Made by a program: the position numbers and the translations under genes. 64,000 nucleotides of DNA from Euprymna scolopes (lineage: Eukaryota), in NCBI GenBank assembly GCA_053919585.1, contig CM132789.1. One strand, given 5' to 3'. Positions 12,401 to 24,728 of the stretch are shown here, piece by piece. A model generated the notes under the pieces. That model ran no database searches, was not told where the DNA came from, and saw nothing but the letters and a program-made list of their open reading frames with translations. The first letter of the stretch is position 1. Every line of letters begins with the position of its first letter.

Positions 12401-14627
12401 GAATTCCTTAAACAATTTGCAGATCCTTCTATGAAATACCTACTAAAGATCATGAACAATATCTGGATTAGTGGAAAAATACCCAATCTCTGAAAATAAG
12501 CAAATATTATCATCCTCCATACCCAAAAGTGAAAAAGACTTATCAAACCCCTCCAGCTATAGTCATCTGCCTAACCAATTGTTTATATAAAACCGTAGAG
12601 AGAATGGTCTAAGACTAATTTGGACTCTAGAAATCAACAACCTACTAACTGACTTTCAAGCTGGTTACAGAAAAGACGAAGCACAGTTAACCACTTGATC
12701 CACTTAGAAACAGTTATCAGAAATGCTTTCATCAAAAAAGAACATTTAATTGCATTTTTTTTTTTTTTTTTTTAAATCTCAAAAAGGCATTTGACATTAC
12801 ATAGCAATATGGTATAATGTTAGAACTTAACAAATTCGGACTCAAAGGTAAGCTACCAACATTCATGGAAAATTTTATATCCACCCATTTCTTTTTATGG
12901 GAAACCCCTTTCTGAAATCTACAAGCAGGAAATGGAAATACTACAGGGAAGTATATTATCAACCACACTTTTCAATATCCAAATGAGCAGCATTGTCAAA
13001 ATTCTGGATCCCAGGTTGGAACCTTTTCTATATGTCAATGATTTTCTCATTTGTTACAAATCAAAACCTATCCACACTATTAAACAATGTCTCAACAAGA
13101 TTAGCGAATTGTTCAACATAAATGGGTTCAAATTTTCCCAGACAAAAACTAAGTGTTTACATTTTTGTCAACAAAAGCTACATCTTCATCCTTTTCTCAA
13201 ACTTAATAATAAAGAAATATCCACAGTTGAAAAACATAAATTCTTAGGCATAATCTTCAACAAAAAATTCACATGCAAAGCACATGTAAATGACCTCAGA
13301 ACTAAATGTAATAAAATAGTACAGTTAATGAGAGTAATAACCAATACAAACTTATGAACACATAAAAATCCTACTAAAAAATATACAAATCGCTTGTCAG
13401 ATAGAAGCAAGACTTTGCCAGCTTCATTTATGGATCTGCAAGGAAATTTTATTTAAGAGAATTGGAAACAATTCACAACCAAGGACTCAGAATGGTTCTA
13501 AGAATTTACAGAACTTCATCAACAGTATGTATGCAGAAGCCTTCAAATACCAGTCTCCTTGAGACAAGAAAGAGTAGTACTTCAGTACTACATTAAACAC
13601 ATACTGTGTCTTCACCCCAAAATAAACCTCTTCAACAAAGAAAAAAATGCCATAAAAACCTATGGAACACAAACAGAACACCTACTAACTAGAAAATTGT
13701 CTTATAGATAAAAACGTTCACAAATTCAAATTTCCAGAAAACCCTCCATGGTTACTAAAACAACCAAAACTCATCCTTCACTTAACAAAATATTCCAACT
13801 CTGATATGCACCCTGCAATCTGTATAGACAATCTCAAGAATATATTAGGACAATACCCAAACTGGACATGCATATACACAGATGGATCTAAAGACCTGAA
13901 CAAAATCAACTGTATTTAACAATATCATACTACAAAAACGCTTTCCAGGCAACAGCTCAATTTTCAATGCTGAAACAACAGCAATAGAATTAGCCTTGGA
14001 TATCAGCCTTTAAACCAACTCAAACAAGTACATAATACTTTCAAATTCCTTATCAGTTTTAATGTCACTAAAAATCAAAGACTTAAACAAGCCCCTAATC
14101 ATAAATCTTTTACAAAGAGTTAATTATGTCTCCCGAAACACAAACATCATCATAAGACTCAAAAATTTTTTTAAAATGATCACTAGCAATACAAAAGTAC
14201 CCTGTACAGACTTCTAAACAACAAAAATATCATATCTAAATGGCAGAAGTCATAGAATTCCTGCAAAAACAATAAACTCTATCAAATTAAACCCAACCTC
14301 AAAGAAAAAACAAGACAAAATCTCTAATTATAAGATGGCAAGAAGGGAGTAGTAATAGCAAGTCTCCAAATAAGATACACTGCTATGACACACTCGTACC
14401 TACTAAAGGGCAAAGAAGCACCAATCTGTATCCCATGTCCAGAACCGTATATCATAGAACATATTCAAAGATCTCCAACAAATATGAAAAAAATGTTACC
14501 AAAGAAACAATCTAAAAGACCTTTTCCGCAATCTCCTAATAATACAAATTAACAATCTTCTAGAGTTAAAAAGAAAACACCTAGCATACAACTAACACTT
14601 ATCAAAGTGTAATAATCACACTAAGAG

Positions 14628-14675
<48 letters not shown>

Positions 14676-15150
14676 ACTAAAAAGCAATAAACAAATTAAA
14701 CCAAACAATATTTTCAGCATTAGATAACCCAAAAGAGTTGATATGCTATTAAACCAAATCAAATTGAAGTGAACCCTTTATTTAAACCATGGAGGTAGCA
14801 TCAGCCATAACTGGGTAGAAGTCCTAAGTAATTCCTAATTGTGTTTTGAGTGCCATTTGCACTGAAGATTGAATCCTCAACATCTTGAAAAGTGTAACTT
14901 ACAACTGAATTTTACAAATTATTTTATCCAATACACCATGGATCCTGATGGAATGAGAGCATGCTACCCCATGGATTAAATAATAAATGATATGCAGGGT
15001 TTGACAGAAAGATTCTAATCTCAACAAAATACACCTGAAGAAGTCACATCAATGAAAACATGAAAATAATAATCCAGATGAGAACAAAAGTCAAAAAAAT
15101 ACAAATAATACGAATAATCAATCCTCATCTCAAAAATTCAAAAACATAGA
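9478..15150. mobile_element. Penelope-type non-autonomous inverted-repeat element (9478-9625 + 14764-15150), split by the LINE
   Basis: The two halves join to match uninterrupted copies at ~41385-41690 and ~50190-50530; the arms carry decayed CTGAAGA...GAAACGTTGTG hammerhead-like cores. Confidence 0.6.
9626..14763 (+). mobile_element. Full-length but degenerate I/Nimb-type LINE (ORF1 zinc knuckle; ORF2 APE-RT-RNase H), many frameshifts and stops
   Basis: ORF1 remnant EPYIFNPLRCHNCQ; APE remnants (LLRDFNFH..W, STIDLT..NHF); RT remnants (QGSILSTTLF, LYVNDF, KFLGIIF); RNase H CIYTDGSK near 13870; C-terminal CxxC..EHI; AAAC/AAAT-type tail; degenerate TSD TTGAAATAGAACC / TTGAAGTGAACC. Confidence 0.9.
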
Positions 15151-15385
15151 ATCTTTTTGTTTTCTTTTTTTCTTTTCTTTTAAATCTAAAAGCATTTTTA
15201 TGAGTTCAGTGTTAAATTTTATTTTAGATATAAAACTACCATAATATATTTTACTTTCAACATTTTGACATTGTAAACAGGTCACAAATACATATAAATT
15301 TATTCATTACTTAAACAACAAATTCTCTCATTTATAATTGTAATAATTGTCATAATGTTTAATAATTTTCTTTTTATATTTTTAG

Positions 15386-15546
15386 GGTTACTACAAAGAC
15401 ATAGTTGAATTTTTCTTTGACAGCCGAAATGAATGCAAAGGATTTTGGAAAAAATGTATAGAACACCATGCATTTTTCCGCTGTCACACTGTTAAGAAAC
15501 TCCCCCGTAATAAAACCCGAGTTGTTAGCCGAGGATCTTCCTATAG
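15386..15546 (+). CDS. FARP: FARP/Cdep exon, end of FERM / start of FA (GYYKDIVEFFFDSRNECKGFWKKCIEHHAFFRCHTVKKLPRNKTRVVSRGSSYR)
   Basis: ttttag| and AG|gtttgt; CKxFWKxCIEHHAFFR and SRGSSxR motifs; phase 0/2. Confidence 0.96.
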
Positions 15547-15665
15547 GTTTGTATTCTGTCATCTATATTTAGAATGAAAGACCTGGCAACTTAACTCAGT
15601 AAAAAAGCAAATTTGTGTCAGCACAAGTGAGAAATTTGCATATCTTTATGCAAATTTGTCTCACT

Positions 15666-15860
15666 CTTTTTTTTCTTTTCTACAGGGGAGTCACCACTTA
15701 TTAAGGTCCAAAGCCCACTCGAGGATAAGAGTTAATTAATGTGAGGTGGTTGTGTAGTAATCGTTAATGGTGTAGATTTGATAGAATTTGGATTATTTAA
15801 GGGGACAATTCAACAATAATTTGTTTACATTGAACTTGAAGGCTACCATATTGTAATCTT
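15666..15860 (-). mobile_element. Short 3' fragment of the same LINE family as 5995-6560
   Basis: T-run + GTCACCACTT...AAGGTC...CCACTCGAGGATAAGAGTTAA, plus the ACCATATT motif, shared with 6030-6200. Confidence 0.7.
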
Positions 15861-16823
15861 TAACAAATCGCTAACTTTTCTTCAGTGAGAAAAAAAATTA
15901 CTGCCATGGAATTTTGCTTGTATGAAGTACAAACACCCAATCTATGGATTTGCTGAAAAATCAACAGTGAACTTCAATATTTGAAACATTTTTAAAAGTA
16001 ACATAATCTACATACTTTTAAGCCGTGTAAAAAAATTTTAATTAAAAAATTCAATGGAATTCTTTGGATTTTTGAATTCAAAGAGACTGAATGTATAATG
16101 AATTTCTGGAGAGAGGTGATCAATTTTTTAAAGCTAATTTTTTTCTCTCTATTTTATATAATTGAGATTAATATTTTAAATGATTACACAGACAAAAAAG
16201 GAATTATTTTTATGAGGGATATTTTAGCATTTAGTGGTTTTCCTTTTCTGTCTCTTAAATTGCTTTCTTCATATTTTATTTGATTGAATTTCTTTTGTCT
16301 AATGTAGATGTTGAGATGATTATTTTTGTGCATAAATGAATTTTTTTTAATACTCACTACGGATATGTGTTCATAATGGTGGTGCAGGTGAGTTCTGTGT
16401 GGGGTTTTGTATCACTTTCACTAACACTTGTGGAAAGAAATGAATCCATCTCTTATATACTCAGCTATGCATAAAACAGGTTCTGAGAAGGAGCACTCTG
16501 AAATAACCAGCTATTTGTGGTACTGTTTCTACCTTCTGAACATCTTTGATGATACAAGACATTTAGATTTCAAAGTATGATGGGTCACAGGACATAACTG
16601 GAGACACAGTGTTCCTCAGTAGGCAAATGTGATGTAGATTGCTTTGATTAATGCTTAATAATTTGTTAAAGTGTATTGTTTTTTTTTTTTAATTCATTTA
16701 AATTCATTAAAATAAATTGAAATTCATTATCTTTTAAACAGAAAAATGATGAATATTGTTGATTAATTATATTTTATTAGAAAAAATTTATTCCATACAA
16801 AACATAAAAATCTCTCTTTACAG

Positions 16824-16898
16824 GTATAGTGGTAAAACACAGAAGCAACTGATGGAATATGTCCGGGAGAATTATTTTAAAAAGCGGCCATTTGAGAG
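16824..16898 (+). CDS. FARP: FARP/Cdep exon, FERM-adjacent domain (YSGKTQKQLMEYVRENYFKKRPFER)
   Basis: ttacag| and AG|gtttgt; phase 2/2; RYSGKTQKQ...FER FA motif. Confidence 0.95.
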
Positions 16899-18091
16899 GT
16901 TTGTATCTTTTTTTGTTATTCATTTTTCTTGTGTCAATTTTCTATCCAATAAAATATCAATTTTTATCATGTTACCCCCCCCCCTTATTTTGTCTCACTG
17001 CTCCTCCTTTAAAAATAACTTTTCCAGAAATGATGAAACAGTTATATTTATGAATGTTATTTTCAAGATTGAAATTTTTAAATTGTTTTGCCCAACATAT
17101 CTGATTAAATCATCTTTTTTGATATCTAATTTGACTGTATCAAAAATTGATGTTACCTAAAATCTGTCAAGGAAGCAAAACAAATATTTTCTCAAACTTA
17201 AAAATCAATAGAAAATTCTCGCTTGTTCATGAATGTAAGTTCTCTATTTTATTTACTAATACTGTTTGGAACGGTGTGAATCCACTAGGTTTTATAAAAT
17301 TCTGATGTCTATGAATTTACAAACCTTTATAACCACATCTTCAGGAATATTTTGTCTTGCAAAAGAATTATGGAGATTCTTGAAGAAGTGTTAGTCAGTG
17401 GACAAAAGGTCCAGTGAATATGTTGGTGAGGACAGAATTTCATAGCCAAGTAGATTTTAAAAAAAAATTTATTAGGACAAAGCATTTATTTTTATTTTTG
17501 TATTTTTTAAACATTAAAATAAATTTATGCATTTTTTTTTTTTTTGTTAGAGATGCCCATGAAAGTATAAATAAAAATTTAAACTATAAATTCTGAGCAT
17601 CCATTTGTAAAGCAAATTTTGAATTTGTTCTCAATTAATAAAAACAATGAGAAACTTTTAAAAAAAATGAAATCCGTTAGACAATTAGATTTGCGATTTT
17701 TTTTTTTTTCTTAGCTAACATTGAAATGTTGCTTGTTTTTATTAAATCTATAAAACTAATGCTTTTTTATTGTTTCTTTAAATTTTGTTAATATCATAGA
17801 ATAAATCATAATTTTTTTCAAATAAAACTCAAGTGTTGGTGAAAAGTAAATAAAAACTTAAAAAAATTTTTTTATCAATACCAAAATAAAACTCCTTAGA
17901 AATTGTTTATCAAAACCCAGAAAAACTAAAAATTTCTTGATGGCTTTTAAATCATTTTCTCCAACGTATTTGATTAAATCATCTTTTTTAGCATATAATT
18001 TTACTATATTACAAATTAATGTTGTCAAAAATCTGTCAAAGAAACAAAACAAGTATTTATAGATTATTTATTACTGCTATGATGAATTAAA

Positions 18092-18202
18092 TTTTTATTT
18101 TTATCATTTGATTGATTTTGGTTTTATTTTTATCATTTGATTGATTTTTATCATTTGATTGATTTTGGTTTTATTTTTATCATTTGATTGATTTTGGTTT
18201 TA
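18092..18202. repeat. Minisatellite, ~30-bp unit TTTTATTTTTATCATTTGATTGATTTTGG, 3-4 copies
   Basis: Directly visible tandem copies ~110 bp upstream of the giant-exon acceptor. Confidence 0.85.
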
Positions 18203-18309
18203 AAGAGTTTCTATGACTTAAGCTGATCAGTGAATATTAATTATACACTGATTTGAGTAAAATTGTTGATTTTTTTTTTTTTTTAATTTTTTATTTCTCT
18301 GGTTTTCAG

Positions 18310-21300
18310 ATCTGTGAGCGGCCGGATCAGTCGGAGTACGAGTGCAACCCCTAAAAGTCATCAAAAGACGACTACTCTGAACTCTTCTGACTTTCATGTA
18401 AGTCAGAATAGTACTGCCTCCAGCGGCTCACAAATCTTGGCCGATACTACCCAGGAGAGTAATCATGTATTGCCATCGTCTCGGGTAGAAACTGCTGAGG
18501 TGCACAGTGAGAGTTCCTTGTCAGGCAGCCGCTCCTTGGGATCACCAAAGCTGGATTCGGCTCGCAGCCATAGTCAGCCAGCCATCACTTTGGAGCAGGA
18601 TGGGAACAGGAATGACCACCAGGCTCCGGGCAGTTCTCCACACAACACTGACAACAAAGTGGAGTCCAGTGATCATGTCCATGGCAAAATTGCCAAATCG
18701 GATTTGAATGGTATATCCGTTAGCTTAAGTTCTGATAGGCAGCAAACATTGTCAGCCAATCAAAATGCAAATGACAATGCTGGAAATCATAATTTATCTT
18801 CAATTTTGAGTACATCTAGTAACAGTGGTAAAGAGAAGGGTCCGAAAAAAAGTTGCGATTCTAGTGACACCTCCACACACATTCTGAAATCGGTACATTT
18901 TATGAGTGATGTTATCGATAAAAATGGTAATGCTGATAGTACTGATGACATTCCACTTCAGACAATTCCCCGTAGCAACAGGTTTGATAATATCTCTGAC
19001 ATAGGAGAAGATTACGATTACGACTACCAAAGTGACGATGACGATAGTGACGATCAGAGTGATGACGATGACGATCATAGCGATGATGAAGGCTCAGTTG
19101 ACAAACTCGAGTATAACGTGTCTTTAGAGGAAATAGCTAGTCATGAGGACATAAATAGGCGTGATAGTCCTCTGACTATAGAGAAACTATCTGCAGAAAG
19201 GGATCAGTTAAGGGGTCATAGGAGAATGGGAAGTAAAGAGCGTGTACTTACATGGAATATAGCAGAGATGTCTTTAGAAGGAACTAGTGGGGAAAATGAT
19301 TGGGAAAGACTAGACAGTGGAGAGATTATTGATATGATAGAAAATGATGGTCCTAGTGATTGGGATGGTGGAGAGCTTTACCTAAATTTAGACACAAAAG
19401 ACTCTAAAGGCATAGAGGATGAAAGTGATGAACTTTCTAGTTCTCCTGCTGTGCAGGATGTGATGTTCAGTTTGGGAGTCCCTACTGATGAATCTAGTGA
19501 ACTTATTACGGAGACAGACACAAGTCCAACTGCTGATGAGATGGTCGAGGAAGGTGGAGAAGATTCAGTTCCCTTTGAAAACATTCCACCTTTGCCTCCA
19601 AGTTCGTCTTTTAGTGAAAGTTCAAAGGTTATAGATGATCTGTTGCCCAAATCGGATTCAGGTATATCTGGTATCGAGGACAGCAGAATAAGTTGCAGTT
19701 TGGAGACGGAGGAAGAAGACAGGTTGCACGAGATTCTTAGACAAGTTGATTCCGGTGAAGAACTGGATAAATCACCTGCTGAAAGGGAAACCCTCAATTT
19801 TCCTTCATCAAATCGAGATTTTAACTCTGAAAATAATCGAAAGGATGACAAAATGCCCCGGCATGCAAAAAAATCAAAAGAAAAACCCGATAGCAACCGA
19901 CAGAATCTTGATAACGATACAAGCAACAAGCTGCTGTCGTCATCCCAACCTTTTGAAGATAATAAATCCACTTCTCATAATGTCTTGAATAACATTTCCA
20001 ATTTGACTAATGAAAATAAGCTGAATAAATACAATAAACCCAATAGTTTTGTCAATGGCAGTGACCTTATCAAAGACATTCCATATATATTGCATCGTCG
20101 ACTCAAAATTGATAAGGAGTTGAAAGATGAAACTGAATTATTTGCTCTAACAGAAACTGAATGCCACAATGTCCAAACAGTTGAGAGCAAACTATCTTCT
20201 TCTCTTCTGCTTGAGCAGCTCAATTTGAACAATGAATGCCAATCTCAACGGAAGTCAAGAGGCCCATCACCTAACCGAAGATCCCCATCATGCAGAACTC
20301 CTAAGGATCATTCTCCGGCCAGTCCCCGTCGATTTGAATTAGTCAGTTACAATAAACTTCCTCCTAAAACAAGTTATTCCAGTATCGATGATACAACTAG
20401 CCCTTCATTAGAAAAAGAAATTTTAGAACAAATCCAAAAGCGGGCCCAGAAAGAAAATAATGAAAAAAATAAAAAAAGTGAAATCACTGCTGGTAAAGAA
20501 GACAATGAATTGGTTGACACTGTGGTAGGGAACACAGAATTTGTTACCTACCGAAAACTTCCAGCTAAGGACAGTTTTTCCAGCCTTGACCATACAACCA
20601 GTCCTACAGTTGAGAGTGATATAGAGAAACATAGACTCACAGTAGGTCAAATGTCAGTTGAGTCTGAACATCTAAATGATAATGATGCAGAGATAAAGTC
20701 AAGTGAACTGCCAGAGCAATCAGTGGACACTTCAGTCCACCTTGTAAAAGGATTAAGAGGTCTACCCGAACCAGCCAGTGTGGCATCTATCAAGAGAACG
20801 ATTGTTGAAGATGAAAATTCTGAGGTTAAATCAACCGAGGTCTCAACTCCAAGCCAACAAGAAATTGATTTATATCTTCTCTCTTCATCTACTGCTGATG
20901 ATGATGATGATGATGATGAACAAATAATTGATACTACTACTACTACTACTACAGCATTATTACACCAAGAGCCTAGATTTGGTGGACTGTTATTGGACTT
21001 AAACGATGACTGTAATAGCAATGAGGCAGCCAGCAATAATGACAATGACCGCAATCACTTCAACAACGATCCTGCTTCTGTTGCTGCTCTGATTCTAAGT
21101 CAAGATATTGACACAGAACCGAATGAGCGCAAGATAACTTTTAGCACCTTCAAACCACCTCCACCATCGCCAGGGTCTTTGATTGGAGATGAGTCTGAAG
21201 GGAGTTCAAAGATAAATTCTGCTAACCCGAAGAGCAGCAACAGTCTTGTTAAGCAAGATTCAGTTGTGTCTCTTGGTAAACCTTTGACCACAATTACTGA

Positions 21301-22285
21301 AGAAGAGAGCACCACAGATTCATCCAGAGCACAGTCCGATGAAATGACCCAAAAATTGTCCGGCTCTTTGAGGCGACGGAACCTTTCCTGTGAATTTGCA
21401 CTGCCACGACGACACAGTGCTACTGATGATGCAGATGATTCTAGTTTAGCCGACAGCCAGTTAGAAGATGAATCATTTGATGTGCACGATTTATTAGAGC
21501 CGTTGGAACATCTTCAAACAGATGATGATTCAGAAGAAGACTTTAATGGAAGTAGTACGTCTTTTACAAGAGATAGTGAAACGAGTGAAGCATGCTCAAA
21601 CTCATTTTTGGCCTCCAACCGAAGGGCATTGTCCCATCCAGCATCAAACAGTTCCAGTGAGAGCTCCTCATCAGGTGAATCAGATTATGAAAATAGGAAA
21701 AAACTCTTGAACATCGATCCATTAGCTGAACTCGAGAACCTTGATATGACAAAATTAGAATCGAGCGACGATGATGAAATTACAGAGAATAAAACTTCTG
21801 ACTACATGTGCACATTGGCCCCTGCTGCTTCTACTGCAGCAACTGTGTCAGAGTACAGAATGACTGCCAGCTCTCATCATGATGATGACGATGATCCTAA
21901 AAATGCTACAGCTCCTAAATTGGACGCTGCTCGATGTGTAAAGGCAGGATCTCATTCTAAAAGTACATTTGAAATAGAACGGACTCGGGTGGTTGAGCTT
22001 AATTTGGAGATTTCAACTGAAAATCCATGTGGAAGGTCAATTTCTATGGAAAGCACCTACAAGAGAGTCGTCTTTTGTGAGTCCTCCTCAGATAATACAG
22101 ATTTCCAAGAAACGGATAGTTCTGCAGCTGTTAGCTCTCCAGATAGTGCCCAACTGTCCCCTCTCACCCCAGACAACGCAGTTGGTGGAAATTCAGAAAA
22201 AGAACAACGAACAAGTGCTGTTTACCAAAATCCGTATGCAGAAACTGTCCTCAGGCAAGAATTGAACTTCTCACCCTCACAATGA
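18310..22285 (+). CDS. FARP: FARP exon after the FA domain, read through as a giant terminal exon (~1320 aa acidic/Ser-rich low-complexity tail); the canonical isoform must leave it at an internal donor
   Basis: Polypyrimidine tract + ttttcag| at 18309, phase 2 in frame with the previous exon (R-SVSGRISR...); 1323-codon ORF with higher GC than the introns; TGA at 22283-22285; AATAAA at 22707-22712. Candidate internal donors include 18398 (gtaagt, phase 0) and 18711 (G|gtatat, phase 1, compatible with exon 47035). Confidence 0.85.
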
Positions 22286-24138
22286 GCAAAACACAAGGAA
22301 TTTTCATTTATTTTAATTTATTTGATAAAATGTCACAACAAAATCACACAGATTTTACACATTCCAATTTTTTATTTCGTTTTTTTTTTCTCCCTGAGAG
22401 TCTTTTTTTCTTTTTTTCTAAAGAAATATTTTCAGCATATTTAGAAGACTTCCCCCTTTTTTTCTCACTGTCTTTTAAATTTCTCTATAAAACACAAACT
22501 TAACACTTGTAATTTCACATCAAGCTACAATGTATTATAAGGTTTCAGATTGTATATAGAGTAAGAATAATACATTTGTGCAAATGTTTGTCAATAAGTT
22601 TCATTCTACTTACATGCAATTTTGGATTGATTAATATAATCGGTGAAGCTCTCCCCATCTTATGTCCATTTTACTTATAACATTTTAATGATTTTTCATT
22701 TTGAACAATAAATATCTGATAATTTATTTAAAATCTAGATCAAACAATATTTATAAAATTTTTAAGTTTCTATAATATTTTGTGTGACAGAAAATCTAAG
22801 TCTGCAATGGTTTGCATTTTTTTATTTTTTTTTTGTCTTAAATCTGTAAATATTTTCTCTCAAATAACCTGATTAAGATGAGTAACTATTTCTGTTAATG
22901 AACATAAACAGTCTTGCTGCTCCATATAATCAAACGATTAGCTAACACTTACAATCTTATTTTCTACTATTGTTGTTTGTGTTTTTATTCAAGAGGAACA
23001 TTAATTCCTTGAAATGTGTTAAGATTCAAAGATTTCGTTCAAATTGACTCAAAGAACCTATACATGCGAGGAATAATAATGAATTTCTCTTATATAAACT
23101 GATTTTAAAAAACACCCCACTTAAAAAAAAAAGCAAAAGAAAAGAAAACAATTATTTCAAGCTGTTAAAATGATAAATTGAAAACCAGTTCACTTTATTA
23201 TGAAGTAATTTTTCAAATTGACTTTCCAAGAAACATAATTGTTATTTTTGTAAGCAAACTGCAGTTACATTTAACATGATTTTCTCTGACTGTTTAATGT
23301 TTACACAAATAGCAGCATGCTCATGATTCTTTGAATGTTGATAGTTAAGTGACAATTAATAAGAAATCAGATTTCTTAATTGTCAGTAAATAGACATTTT
23401 TTGCTCACGTATAGTTTTAAGCTAATCTTTTAATATTTTTATTTGCTTCATTTCAAAAGTTTGTGAAATTATATAACTCTACTATGCAAAGAGATTCTTC
23501 ATCAATTACATTACTCATCACCTGTATCCTAAGAAAGTGTATATTATAAACAAGAGAACTTAGGGAATATGACCATTTTGTATGGACTTTCCATTGCCGA
23601 AGTCAGATTCTAGTTGTTTCTGACTTTTGATCTTCAAGCCCCCTTTGCTGCTTATCTCTCTTTCTCTGACTGTGTTTTCTCAGTCAGTCGAGGGAACTCA
23701 TTTGCTAACAACAAAACAAGAGTAAATGCCACAGTTTAGGAGCAGAACTTTCCAATTCAAATTTTCTTACATAAGTGCAATTTATTTAATCTTGGCAGTT
23801 TCTATTTTTTACTAAGGTTGAAGTTTAATTCAATCGTTAATAATAAGCGGATGTTAAGAATGGACGACTCTCAATTATTGGTGCTTTTTTCTGACGTGAT
23901 GGAGAAGGAAGTTTTTCATCACAAATGGCTGTTAAAAAATGTATATCTTTTCTTTACATATGGACTGAGAGGGAAAGGAACATTCTTTGAATATAGACAT
24001 ACTAACTGTTCAGATCTCATTAGATTTTAATACATTCTATTTTAATATAGATCGGTTTAGTCTACTTTAAATTCATTTCTTTTATAAACTATTAAACTAA
24101 TTGTTTCATTTGTAAGGATTTATAAGGAAAAAGAAACC

Positions 24139-24728
24139 AGTTCTTGCCCAGAATTCCACTTATTTAAAAAAAAGAAATAAATAAAATGTATGATGACAAA
24201 ACGAAAATATCATATTCCAAAAATTATGTAAATTGATCAAGTACTTTTATTTTTATAAAGAAAATTATTTTTTAGCAATTAATGAAAATTTGTAGACATT
24301 ACAACATCGGGACAAGATCAAAGTGTAGTATCTGTATCTGTTCTCCAGATGCTGCACTTCTATTTCTTGTTCTCTTTCGGTGGAGGAGAAATCCTTCACG
24401 ACTGAGACAATTTTTATTTTTGTACCTTTTCTCCACGTTAAAAAACGACCCTGGTGTCTAACTCTGTCCCGTGGGGAGGCATAGTAAATAGGTACAACAT
24501 AAATCTGACAAGTTTTGAATTATTGTTGAGTTATCTCCCTTATTTTTAAGATTAAAAAATGACGGGCAAGAGTCACTCTTCTGATACTCATAAAATTTGA
24601 TTTATTTAAAAATAAAATCACTTGATCAAGTTATGTGATATTTGGAATATGATATTTTCGTTTTGTCACATCATACAGATTTTTTTTAATTTTGTTTTTT
24701 ATTATAGGGTGAATTCTAGACAAGAACC
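24139..24728. mobile_element. MITE family B copy 1 (~110-bp TIRs, consensus end GGTTCTTGTCCAGAATT), containing the U2-headed insertion
   Basis: Inverted arms 24139-24260 and ~24605-24728; flanks AAGAAACC / AAGAAATC. Confidence 0.85.
24308..24492 (+). mobile_element. U2 snRNA-headed structured short element, copy 2, nested in a MITE
   Basis: AAGATCAAAGTGTAGTATCTG head; flanked by TACAACAT at 24300-24307 and 24493-24500; sibling MITE copies show a single TACAACAT at this site. Confidence 0.85.

Noticed and set aside
17075-18058. ~115-bp diverged direct repeat (17075-17188 / 17944-18058) as LTRs
   Set aside because: No TG..CA ends, primer-binding site or coding remnant; likely a local duplication or old repeat.
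18314-18316. Stand-alone single-exon 1323-aa gene
   Set aside because: The ORF-track start is GTG, 4 nt inside a canonical in-frame splice acceptor of the FARP gene.
18800-21315. Minus-strand ORFs (e.g. 19378-19971, 20647-21054)
   Set aside because: Antisense shadows of the low-complexity giant exon.
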